Of a stretch of 47,230 nucleotides of DNA, positions 25,386-36,939 are shown piece after piece. The stretch spans positions 1-47,230 of the forward strand of contig JAUCBJ010000509.1 in assembly GCA_032718475.1 (NCBI GenBank), in the 5' to 3' direction. This stretch comes from Nemertoderma westbladi (lineage: Eukaryota > Animalia > Xenacoelomorpha). The notes beneath the pieces were generated by a model. That model was not told the DNA's origin, did not search any database, and saw only the letters and a program-made list of their open reading frames with translations. The position numbers and the translations under genes were made by a program. The first letter of the stretch is position 1; the number at the start of each line of letters is the position of its first letter.

Positions 25386-27143
25386 CAGTGGCGGAGATCT
25401 GTATTTGGGAGTGGGGGGGACATAAAGAGTAGGGACTTTTTTATTTACTTTAATTTATTTATTTACTAAAATAACCTTTGTGGGGCGAGCCACAAAGTAA
25501 GCGAGTATGCGTAAAGTGCGTATATTATACAGTATGACAAACAAAAACCATAAATCAGTTTCCAAAAACATTCTTTCGAATTTCAGATTGTTTTGTAAAA
25601 ATACATACAAGTTTTTCAATGTCACAGTGACCTAAAATGTCTTTGTGCACATGACATACAGCTAAGTAGTTAAGCGTTTCTGAGCCATTGTAGATCTTAA
25701 CCAAGTTTTCAATCGGCGCAGCCGCAGGACGGAAAAGCTCCGCTCACATTCGCATGAAGATACTGGGCAAACTAGTAATAGTCTTAGTAAATTAAATACT
25801 TGAGGAAATAGGTTTTTCACGTCTGCTGACATTGCTTTATAAGATGACACAGCTTTACTTAGGGATCTGGATTTGGTAGAATGATTGAACATTTTCAATT
25901 CAAGTTCAAGGCTGTCACCGCTCAGTTCTGGATATTGACTAACAATCTCACGGTTAACTGTCCCAGTTGTTAAACATTTCTCTAACTCGATGTAATTTTG
26001 TATACTACCATTGTTCGGAAAAAATCGGTCATGTAACTCAGAGAGTATGTTATCGATAAATTCGTAGTATATGGTGCGGAAATGCGCCTCTACAGTTAGA
26101 GCCTGATAAGGTTCAGCAGGACCAGTATAACGTCTTGGGGGGCGTCTATTTCTTGGAATCGATAGCGTACTTAATCCCAATTCCTCTAGCTTCGCACTAG
26201 CTTCAGTGAAAACCGCGCTGAATGCCTCCGCTGTTCTCAACCTCTGCAGTTCGTTAACAATCAGAGGGACTGTCTCCATCGTACCTTTAAGAGTCATAGT
26301 GCGGGACTGCAGCGACTTATTAAATTGCTCCATTATAGTTAAGCGTTTTACAGCCAACATTAAAGCCAATAACGATACTAAACTATACTATTGAGTAATT
26401 CGCCCATAACGTAAACCACGGAAAAATAACACTAATACAGTATATTGCATTGTGCCATTTTGTTATCAATATTAGAGGGAATCCCTTCCTATTGTATTGT
26501 ATACATGCGCTCATGGTATACACCAGAGGTCTAGTCAGTCAACCAACAGAATCAACTTACCTTCAATATACTATGTGTCTCCTTGTCTGCGCTACTAATG
26601 AATTGAATGGATACACCCCATGTTAAATAAATACATGTTCTGGAATGAATATTTACAACTTGGCTGCCTCTCACATTGACTACTAAGGGCCCTCATATTT
26701 TGTTTCACTGGAAACAGTTACAGTATGTTAGCAGTAGTTGGATGCCCTGTCCACTCATGGGGCATCCCAAATCCCCAGCCGGCTACGTCAGTTGCCAGAG
26801 AACCAATAGAAACAACTCTCAACTTTAAATTAATTTAAAATTTATAATTCGGCCGGCCACAAGGCCGAGGCCATGATGGCCTTGTTAGCCTAGGCGGTAA
26901 TGAGGCCCTGCTCACATTGAGGCTAGTATACATACATAGAGGCAATAAACCAACGTTGCCATGTTTCATGTATAATTACCGCTATAATGATATTTAACCG
27001 ATAATTGGATCAATTCAACCGCCGGTGGAATCTGGACTGAATGAAAAAACATGTGCTACCTAAATGTGGAAGGGACATTATCATGGATTCTAAAAAGTGG
27101 GGGGGACAATGTCCCCCTCTCCCCCCCAGGATTTCCGCCTCTG
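25386..27143 (-). mobile_element. Internally deleted hAT DNA transposon
   Basis: TIRs CAGTGGCGGA and TCCGCCTCTG; ttggaaa flanks both ends (7 bp of the expected 8-bp TSD); internal transposase fragment. Confidence 0.85.
25662..26369 (-). pseudogene. hAT transposase C-terminal fragment with dimerisation domain (ZMYM1-like)
   Basis: FPQVFNLLRLLLVCPVSSCECERSFSVLR..RRLKTWLRSTMAQKRL. Confidence 0.88.
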
Positions 27144-27299
27144 TTGGAAAAGTGCCTCTTTCGGCATCAGTTAACATTCCATCTCATTACTCTATTGTTA
27201 TATTTGAATATACTAGTTATAAAGTCAGTTGTCATCCACATTACTTATTGAACCAAATAAAGCCTGTATTATAGTTTTGATATAACAGCACTGTATTTA

Positions 27300-27540
27300 T
27301 ACAAAATACTATTACCAAAAACAGATAGATACAACAAAGTAATGGGTTGCCCACATGTCCACTGGGCAATGACCAGCCCCCTTCACAGTTAATTTATTTA
27401 CTTGTCAATATGATCAATAATATCATGATACTCGCAAACATTAACAGCCTGTTGTGTTTGTATTAGCAGGGCAGGAATTTGAAATAATCCAGACCCAAAT
27501 CCAAGGAGAGCACATCCAGTGATAGATATAGCGAGATATG
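27300..27540 (-). pseudogene. Relic of a fourth SLC18B1-like paralogue (TM10 region plus 3' flank)
   Basis: The minus strand translates LAISITGCALLGFGSGLFQIPALLIQTQQAVNVCEYHD, matching copy A LNISITGCALLGLGCGLYHVPALETQTQMAVNVCGYHD. 27301-27360 matches the 3' flank of copy B (~36570-36628). Confidence 0.88.
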
Positions 27541-28186
27541 AGATAAACCAGGAGATGAATCAGGTAAATATAATACTGCTTAGTTAGGGCGTTACGTTAA
27601 TTACATGCACTTGTATTTCTGCAGTCAAAATATTAAATCTGCAGTAATCTGGTGATCCGCCAGATAATTTGTATATGGTTGATGTTTTGTATAACTTTTA
27701 ATATTAATAACCTGAAATTTTATTTCAAAACATAGTAACCAAAGTTAGGTCAGCTTTGAATAAAGCTATTACAGAGTAACAATACTTAGTCAGTTTCGGA
27801 ATGTACTGAATGAATATTTTCAGACTTAGTTGGTTTTGGGAAATTTTGATTGGCTGATACTATGATAGAAAGATGCAGCTTGAAACTCCGATTCTAGTGA
27901 TATCCATAACTTATTTTTGACCAAAATTTCCGGGCCGCTGTACCGTCCAGATACAAAATTTACTGTCTACCAGGTAAGTATTGACACTTTACTGTATATG
28001 GACAGTTGTTGTAATTTTTTCATTTTGTCCTGTATGTACTTTTCCTGGCTGATGTTGTACGCCACATGAGCATTTAATTACACCGTGTCCCTCTCAGGGA
28101 TATGGAAACTTTGCTTCTTCTGTCTGGTGGAGTAAAAAAAGATTGGGGATAGAGTGATCAACCTTGGGAGATTGAAATGTGCTCTC

Positions 28187-28417
28187 CCTGCCATATAGGA
28201 ATCAAATGAATTTGAAATCCTGTTGATTAGGGTTTATGCAGTACAAAGAAATATATTATATGAGAGAATGAATGAACAAAGCATGAAAAATAATTTATTC
28301 TTGATCAATCAGCAGAAACTTGTACTGTTGCGGACATAACATGTGTTCCAGGTTGATTATAAAGCATATATCAAACAATCTTTATCCACTTCGATTCACT
28401 GTTGTGCTATTCCCTTT
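28187..28417 (+). promoter_or_regulatory. Conserved upstream non-coding block, same orientation as MFS copy B
   Basis: Inverted, near-identical copy of 5527-5757; weaker similarity continues to ~28620 versus ~5330-5520. Confidence 0.6.
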
Positions 28418-29453
28418 TAATATATATTATTTAGATTTTTTATGTCTGCCAGGGAGAATACTGTAGAATATTCTAGAGAGTAAAAGACTCAATTTTCAAA
28501 AATGTAAATATTAGTTCTGCATGCAAACAAGCGACCGAACCAACCAAGGTCATTGACACGATGGTTCCTGTTCCCACTTATAGTAAGTTCGATTAACAAG
28601 GCCGTTTAAACGGACTTATGTTCGTTAGAAGTTTGCGCGGCTCATACCCATCCATAACTTGTAACTGGCCAGTTCAGTATGTTTTCTCAACATTGATCCT
28701 TTCAACATTCTCTTATCACTATTGTAAGGTGTAATATAATGGACAGGACACGATATCACATTACAAAGCACCAGGACTGGAGTGCCAACCATAGTAGTAG
28801 TGATCAAACCAAGACTATAAGCAACAGACAAAACAAGACAATTTAATAAGAATTTAATTTACAGTAGGCAGGATCATAAATTCAAAAATGTTGGTCAATT
28901 TCTTAGAGAATCTCAATTTAGTGGCTTCCAGATGTACTGAATCCATTGCTGCACACCGTTTATTTCTAGCACATTTCTATACTTTGAGTTTTTTGCCTCG
29001 AAGATCCGAAAAATATCATCCAAACATCAAATGTTTTATCTATATAGTATTGAACACCAAAACACGTGCAACACATTAACAAAGGAAATTATAATTATCT
29101 CATCACATAAGGCAACATTAAGACAAACAGTCTAGGCCAAAACACCAATAAAATAGTAAAATAGCATTTAAGAAGTCAATTTATAATTTATAAGCCTTTG
29201 AATTCCGATTTGGTATTGAAGTGAGGCATCAATTGGCGCCGTTTCAGGAGCACCCCAATATACCCATCTCGACCTTTGTGACCGTAAACCTTCAAGGCGG
29301 ATTCATTTACGACTTTTACGGGGTATCATTGGTTTCTAGAACACTGAATATAGTTATTCTTTGAGGCATGGTTGCCATTTCTGGCAGAGCACGGGAATAA
29401 TGTTGTACTTTCCTATGAGTGACTGAAAAAGGCCTAGTGAATAAATCTTCTAC

Positions 29454-29559
29454 AACCCTGGTAGCTCAGTGGTCTTAGGACACCCACTCGGCTGATGATA
29501 ACCGGAAGTTTGAAACCTAGGTACTGGGTTCGAACCAATAGGGGCGGTTGATATTTTTT
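29454..29559 (+). ncRNA. tRNA-like/SINE-like Pol III unit containing a hammerhead ribozyme motif
   Basis: A box TAGCTCAGTGG (29462-29472), B box GGTTCGAACC (29527-29536), T6 tract (29554-29559); no canonical anticodon arm. Confidence 0.65.
29486..29529 (+). ncRNA. Minimal type I hammerhead ribozyme motif
   Basis: ACUCGG-CUGAUGA-U(AAC CGGAA GUU)U-GAAA-C CUAG G-UA^-CUGGGU: 6-bp stem I with two G-U pairs, canonical core, palindromic stem III ACCUAGGU, GUA cleavage triplet. Confidence 0.72.
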
Positions 29560-31359
29560 GCTATGGAGAGTGTTAAGCGCAAGCAGAACCGTCAGTACAG
29601 GGTCTGTCAATCACACGCTCCGTTCTCTGTCGATTTCTCAACAGAGAGCTAACTGTTCGAATTTATATGCCAAAACAGCAGTAACCAAAACAATAAATCT
29701 GAAATGGCTCCCTAATCTACTTAATATGAGTGCGGATGGCCTTGCACTCGGTGTTCACTTCCCACAGAAATACAGGAAGTTATTGGGCGATGTCGAATGT
29801 GAGAATATTTTATGTTGTAATGGGTTCGGATATTAATTTGCCCTAATGTCGAAACTTGGCCTTATGCTGGTTTAAGCCAGCGACTTTACTACTGCGTTAC
29901 TCTGGCTACCGCTGTACACCTGCTAACCCGCTATTTTCAAATAACCGCCTAGCGTTGGATATTCTAAGGTGTTTCTAAGCGTAATTTACCCAACTATTCT
30001 CCGCTATGCAGCGTACAAGTTCTTAAGACGCTCTTTAACAACACAACATAAAATAACGTTAACACTAATATATGGCGATAGTAGCGCTAAAGGTAGTGTT
30101 AGTGATAGCGCTAGTGTAACGCTAGTGTAAAACACTTAGGCCATCCCAGCTATATGTAGTCTCCCTAGCTAAACCCACTATTTCTACCGTAGTACTGCAA
30201 GGCTGAGACAAAATCTGGATCGTCAGCCCCGGATGCTGTAGTGACGACTGGTCCCCTAACTGATTAGCCCAACCGCAACTTCTGGCCCCCCGCCAGCATT
30301 GCCCCACATTGGATCGTCCACTCCTCCTTCCGTCGCTTCCACAGTGCACCCGCTACGCCTACCGGTACAGTTAGTCATATAGTCGGTCATATAGTTCAGT
30401 TCATGATTGAGTTCAGTTCAGTAGCTGCCCAGACTTTCTGGAATATTTCGATTTTCAAAGTTTATGGGACTTGTATGCTGTAGATTCTGCATGCACACAT
30501 TGTGTATAAAATTGTTTATATCTACTATAAATCATTTTTTTCATTTCCAACCAATTCTACTATAGACCATTTTTTCATTTCCAATACAATGATGACCAAT
30601 CTACAAGGTTATATAATTCATTCTGGGGAAAATTTGCCTTATCATACATAGTTCTATCAAATAATTAGCCTCAGTTCCATCTATTTAAATGCATAGGCTT
30701 TTCCTTTTGTTCGGCAATGACGTCCAGGTGGGATCGAACTGGTGACCTCCAGGTTGGAAGTCTGATGCTATAGCCTTTTCCTGTGAAACATCATTATACA
30801 AGGGCGGATGCATAACAGAGAATGTATTTTGTATATTGTCTAAAGTGTCACTTGGAAAAATGCGTCTACTATTGGCATGCTGCATCGCAGCTGCATTATA
30901 TATTAGGAATGCTGTGCCGGCTTGTCGATAAAATTGCATCGCCACAACTCCCTATCACCCATAACATTTGCTAGAGAAGCTGCATCTTCAAGGCCGGAGT
31001 GCCCTTAAGAGGTGTCTCAAGAAAGTCATGGGTTCTCATGTCTACTATGCTTATTCACTCCATGTCGCCACTAAATCACAAGATTATGCACTGGCTGGTC
31101 CTCATGGCGAAAGCAATGTCATGCAAGAAGGATTTATTCATCACTGCACGAACAATGCAGAGCCGAAGGGCAAAAGTTGATTTCCGGAAGAGTGGTGGTG
31201 CAGGAGTTCCTGCTCCTTATCCAGCCATGGACTTCGACCTCGCTCCACATACATGATGCAACACAACTCCCAGCAGGGATCCCAAACTTCTATAAACCCC
31301 TCCATTTATTCTAATTAACTTGGCAGGGAAACTAGTGCCGAAGTCTTCAGTTTACAAGT

Positions 31360-32922
31360 TGTTCGGGGTATTTCAACTTTTCTTAACGGGAGTTGAATAT
31401 TTTTTGGATTTATTTTAAATGAATATTCCGATATCACTACTGGGTGCGGGAACATAGGATTTGGGCACATTCAATGGACTGGGGGCGATTTATGGGCGAA
31501 TATTGGGGCGACTTACGGGGTACAGGACTCATTTCATGTATTTAAGGGCCAGGGATGGGAGGCAAAGTTAAGCAGTATTCAGGTTTCCCTGATTACTATT
31601 AGGCCTAGCCAACTTCCTGCTGCCTGTAGAGGTGGATTTGGTAACTCGCTAGGTCTAAAGTACAACACCAACAGCAGTTATTACGAGCCTGAATAAGGAC
31701 TCGGAAAGTCTGCTGCTTGTGTCAGGGATTTGCGACGGGAACCGACAGACAGACCTTTAGCGGTCCCTGGTCGCCGGCAGTTAGTACGAGCCTGAATAAG
31801 GACTCGGAAAGCCTGCCGACATACGCCAGGGACTTGCGACGGGTCGAGCGACTAACGGAGGAAGGGTTCGACGACCGGCGTTAGTACGAGCCTGAATAAG
31901 GACTCGGAAAACCACCAACCGTTGGGGCTCACGACGGGCTGACATACCCTTTGCCAAGCCGTGCTGCTTTCCTGATGACCGATCCCTTCGGGGTTCGGGA
32001 AGGGTGGGATGGACACGCAACGTGGTCGAAAGACAAAGGACCGGACCCCACTGGCCTACCGACTGTTCGGAGCAACTTCTCAGCTACCGAAGCGACTACG
32101 AGCCTGAATAAGGACTCGAAAAGTCTAGGTGGTTGGGTCCCTGCGATGAACTGACTGACCCCTAGCCAAGCCGTACCGCTTTCCTGATTACCGATCCCTT
32201 CGGGGTTCGGGAAGGGTGGGACGGACACGCAAACGGGTCCACCGACACGACAGACCCCTAGCCAAGCCGTACCGCTTTCCTGATGACCGATCAATTCGGG
32301 GTTCGGGAAGGGTGGGATGGACACGCAAACGGGTCCACCGACACGACAGACCCCTAGCCAAGCCATACCGCTTTCCTGATGACCGATCCCTTCGGGGTTT
32401 GGGAAGGGTGGGACGGACACGCAACCGGGTCTACTGACTGGACCGACCCTTAGCCAAGCCGTACCGCTTTCCTGATGACCGATCCCTTCGGGGTTCGGGA
32501 AGGGTGGGACGGACACGCAACCGGGTCGACCGACACCGACACTACGGTACCGAGACTAGGACTGAGGGAAAATTGGGGAACATTAGTTAGGTTAAAATCT
32601 GAGCGAACAGTGGGTAATTAAATAATGTACTGTAGGGATTTATATTGTCGTGTTATATTATTGTGAATATTTGGTGTATATTGGTTTGGGGAAGCCCAAC
32701 TTATTCTCAATCAGGATTCAATGTTGTACAAGATTCAACCGTAGGGAAGTTACAATAAAGTATATATCCAACCAATGAAACTTTTCTCAACTGCAATCTT
32801 GTATTTAAGAACGTATTCCTTCTCCACTACCAATATCCGGTGACTGGCCGGAATTCCGTGGTCAAAAAGTTCCGCCTCCAGCATCGGCGTTTTCCCCCAT
32901 GGTGTCGGGAATAACGGCAACA
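31360..32922 (-). mobile_element. Solo LTR of BEL/Pao family 2, 1563 bp
   Basis: TGTT...AACA termini; TSD CAAGT (31355-31359, 32923-32927); empty site at 11475-11479; homologous in inverted orientation to 44392-45719, which leads into BEL pol. Confidence 0.93.
31680..32525. repeat. Internal repeat arrays in the solo LTR: five type-A units (four spaced ~96 bp apart) and four type-B motifs
   Basis: Type A ccaagccgtaccgctttcctgatgaccgatcccttcggggttcgggaagggtggg at ~31950, 32160, 32256, 32352, 32448; type B tacgagcctgaataaggactcg at ~31682, 31785, 31885, 32097. Confidence 0.92.
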
Positions 32923-33019
32923 CAAGTTTAGTTTAGGATTCCCATTCCAGAGGCCGAGGTCCCGGCCATTTATTCATTATTTTGTTAACTTATGACTGCT
33001 GAGTATATGGCTAATATAC

Positions 33020-34211
33020 GGCAATAGATTTGGCTGTTCCACTTTTGGGAGTAGTATGATCAACATAGGTTGAATCTGGTTCAGACAAGATCGAAATATG
33101 TTCTTCTGAAACCACAGTCTGACGGCCTCCGATATGTTTCAAAGTCTGATCTTTTTGACCATTGAACTACAATCCATAAATGCCCCTATTAATGTTTTTA
33201 CATACTGATCTCAAACTACTATAGTGGCAGCTGCACGATCAGATACACCAAACCCATCTGCCTGTAGAGCGACATTTTTTAAACACCACTTTTTGATACG
33301 AGGAGTTTTCAATATTTCATCAGATATTTAATCTGACACAGAAGGCGAATACAGGTCAACATCAGAATCGATTTCTGAATCGGAATTGTTAGCAACTATA
33401 TCTGGATGCTCGGATGTATCACGAATTCCTGTACATTTTATAGGCCTACTGACTGGTTTTTCCAGTATTTGAACAGATTTTCCTTTCAAGCGTCTCTCAG
33501 TAAGAGCAGACTCTTTCACTTTCAAGTCAACTCCAGCAATATGGCCAATACATGTGCTACGCTGATCAGTAAGGAAGCTGCGTTCAATTATTGGAACCTT
33601 CTGATTCAATAAGCAGCAGCATGATGAAAACTCCTTACATTTACATGAACAAATATCAAATAATGTATCAAGAGATTGTTCTATTTCTTCGTATTTGAGC
33701 TTTGCAGATTTCAATCCTGTGACTTTTTGGACATCATCTATATATTTTTCCAACTGTAGTTCTATTCCTCGTAAAGTTATCATAGGAATCGATGCTTTTA
33801 TCCATACTTGCTGAAGTTTATCTGCCAATCTTTGCAGACAGATCCTCATGGCTCTGTTCCATAATCCTTTTCAGACAATTAGGCCTGGGGTCTTGTGTGT
33901 TGGCAAGCTAATACTTAGAAGATCACATGACTCGCCAAAAAATATGTGGCTCTCCTTCGCAGCTACAGACCACATTAACATTTTCAATTATAATTGATAA
34001 GAAAGTAAGAAGCCTAGGTCCCTAGGCCTAGGTAAGTTCAGAGCCTACTGCTATGACTGTATTGTAGGCCTACTGGTTTGAAATGCTTCATATAAAAATA
34101 CTGTAGTTTCCTAGTATTTTAGGATGCCTTGACCATGACCTTTACCATCTAATTCAGTAATTTGAGAGCCGGAAACATTTTAAAAGGTAGGCCAGTGAAG
34201 GCACCACACTA
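33020..34211 (-). mobile_element. Degenerate DNA transposase 5' half, probably hAT superfamily (hATm-like)
   Basis: WIKASIP, LFDICSCKC..C.C..KVP..E..FLTDQR; in other frames ALQADGFGVSDRAAATI, FNGQKDQTL and EEHISILSEPDSTYVDHTTPKSGTAKSIA; possible terminus TAGTGTGG at 34211. Family assignment is from recalled motifs. Confidence 0.65.
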
Positions 34212-35190
34212 TGCTGAAATAAAAGTAGTGCCCAAATCTAGGATATAATTGCCTGATTGCAGCATAGCACGTAGTATGTAGTTAGATATAGGTACCTAGC
34301 TGGAACATATGAATAACGACGTAGATTAAATGGTATATAAAAAATCTTAATGTTTAAGCCTTTTACATTATAAATAATTCAAGTCCATGTTCATTAAGGT
34401 GGTAGTGTGCCGCCTTACTATAATTATAACTTGCCACCCTAGAGCGGCAGGTTCCGCCATTTACCTAAAACCTAATAACTTTGTTATAATTATTGGAACG
34501 GAAAAATTGAGTTTTCATATTTGAGCAAGCATACATGCTGTTCACCAGGGACTGGGATCGAATCGAAAGTTATTAATGAAAAATTGCGATATCGAATTGA
34601 AAAACGATCATTGTTTCCAATGAATCCAATAATTTGTCATCTTTTCGCAGCACTTTGTAAACTTTGGAATGGATATGTTATTTTTAGCACCAAATATAAT
34701 AAAATTTATTTTTGTGGAATTGCATAATTGTTTTATTCCCCAAGCGAAATATAATCTTATTATAATAGCGATATATCCTGCAGCTGTATTAGAATAATAT
34801 AACTTTGTGCTACATGTTTTTGAGCAAAATCAGTAAATTTTTTTCATTTTTATGCTACTTATTATTATAGTTTCGTCCTTATTGTCATTCAATTATATTT
34901 CTATTTTCCATATATTTGCCTTTGTTTATTATTAGTGCAGCATTGGTTGTTATTGAGAATTATAGGCGGATGGGAAAAATTCAACCAACAATTAGAGCAA
35001 AATGCCATCCAATAAAAATTAAAGGAAATAATATAAAATAAAGTTAGGTTTATTGTTTTGATTAGAAAACAATGCTACTTTCACCCATAATGCTCCATTA
35101 CCCTATAAATTAAATTGTTTAACATGCTAAACAAATAGTTGGTATCTTAGGCCACTTTGCGCTATTAACTCTTTGAAGTTGGACTACAAG

Positions 35191-36505
35191 ATGTCAGAAG
35201 GAGCAGCTTCTGTTATATCAAATGATGAAAACAAATGAAATTCGTGCTAATCAGAATGACCATCAAAAGGGATGGCGATTTTACATGTTGGTGGCCATGT
35301 TGCTGATGTATCAAATGATACCAGGTTGGTGTCATAATCTACTGGAAACATTCTTTCCAATTGTTGTAGAAGAGCGTGGTTGGTCAAAGACTCTGATAGG
35401 TGCATTATTGGCAGTGTTTGCTTTGGTCAGACTTATAATATACATTAGTTGCCCCCATTCTATCAACAATTGGGGAACTCGTATCTCTTTGGGCCTATTT
35501 GGCATTATTGGGGCAGTTTCACAGTTGGCATTTGGGTTTGTAGAATATATTCCATTCAACAACAATAGATTATATATATTCGCTTGTTTTTCTCTACGCA
35601 TTATTGAAGCAGTTGGACTCAACATCAGTTTTATGTATTCATACAGTCTATTGATGAAATTGTGGCCTGCACAAAGAACTTTATTAGCTAGTTTATCAAT
35701 TGTTTGTAGCGCTGTGGGATTCATGACCGCACCAGTTTTTGGATCCACAGTTTTTGTTTCATTGGGTTTTGAGTTCCCATTTATAATATCGGGTTTGATG
35801 TTTCTTATTATCGTCATTTATTGCTGGTTGGAGTCGCCATCTTATATCTATGACAGATGTGAATTGAAAAACAGACCAACTTATTTTGGGCTTCTGACAA
35901 ATCCAGCTATTTCTCTTATATTTATTTTAAATATATCTTCCAGAATAATCTCATCCTTCATTGTTGCAAACTATGCTGCCTACATTAACCACAACTACAA
36001 TGTCAACCAGTACAATATTGGTCGTATCTATATGATATTTCCAGGTATTTATGCTACTACTAGTGCAACAATATCCCTGACAATGAAGAAATTGAAGACC
36101 ATCTTTCCAACTGTATTTGGTGCAATGTTACTAGCAGTGTCAATGCAACTAGTAGGTCCAACAGAGCTACTCGGTTTACCTCATGTTCTCACCATCTCTA
36201 TCACTGGATGTGCACTCCTAGGATTCGGTATTGGACTAATCGATACACCTGGACTGGAGACACAAACAGAACTGGCCATTAATATTTGTGGCTATTGCGA
36301 TAATGTAGATACCAGATCACTTCTCCAACAAATGTATAAAATTGCATTATCTGTTGGAGCTATTATAGGTCCTGTTATTGGTGGATTCTTCAATGATTAC
36401 TTTGGTATGGAACTTGCTTGCTCGTTTCTCAGTTTGTTTGGGTTGCCATTTATCTTCGCTCTGGTTGCTGTGTTCACTTTCAGATGCCGCGTCAGTGAAA
36501 TCTGA
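35191..36505 (+). CDS. MFS transporter, SLC18B1-like (copy B); +1 frameshift after codon 13, main ORF open from ATG 35222 (427 aa)
   Basis: Collinear with copies A and C. The conserved ATG at 35191 reads MSEGAASVISNDENK* (TGA 35236) because of one extra A in 35228-35231. Confidence 0.8.
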
Positions 36506-36939
36506 TATTAAGAAGTATTCATCATGTTCACCAATTATATTATTCACCAATTCACCCCGAATGGGGCTGGGCATTTGGGCAACCCATTAATTTGTTGTAT
36601 CTACATGTTTTTGGTAATAGTATTTTGTCAATTTACGTAGTTTTATGTTTAAGTTATTATTTACAAATGGGAATATTATGTCTAGATAATAACAAACCTG
36701 CCTAGTAATAGGCTATGGTAGTTCTTCTCAAGAGTTGAACCATTCAAAAACATGATGTGGTTGTGGATGTATGGAAGTCCGGAAGTACAAAGAGCGGGTT
36801 ACATCTGTGGAACACAAGTGTCTGCCCTTTTCACTGATATGCACCAAGATAAACTTTGCCCTGGTCCAAGCAGCTCTAATGTGCCTAAGGGGGGGCCTGC
36901 AAACATAAAGGGGACATGCCCCAAATGCAGCATCTATTA

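Larger units (their letters stand above)
30388..33015 (+). repeat. Local duplicated segment, copy 2 (interrupted by the solo LTR)
   Basis: 30388-31359 and 32923-33015 match 10480-11557 plus 24601-24610. Confidence 0.92.

Noticed and set aside
26680-26920. Small MITE nested in the hAT element (agggccctcat...atgaggccctg, ctcacattga near both ends)
   Set aside because: The inverted ends and the flanking repeat are imperfect and not aligned well enough to call.
29454-29549. Functional tRNA gene
   Set aside because: No canonical anticodon arm, and the T and acceptor stems pair poorly.
31929-32516. 195-aa repetitive ORF and related ORFs at 44750-45437
   Set aside because: By-products of ~96-bp GC-rich LTR repeats; no convincing start or domain.
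31950-32520. Type A LTR repeats as hammerhead ribozymes (CUGAUGA + hairpin + GAAG)
   Set aside because: The core reads GAAG rather than GAAA, I could not build stems I and III with an NUH triplet, and the motif is antisense to the element.
31680-32525. CRISPR-like array
   Set aside because: The intervening segments are not unique, regularly sized spacers, the context is eukaryotic, and there are no cas genes.
35332-35817. Antisense ORFs over MFS genes (also 42111-42407)
   Set aside because: Shadow ORFs of the hydrophobic MFS coding strand.
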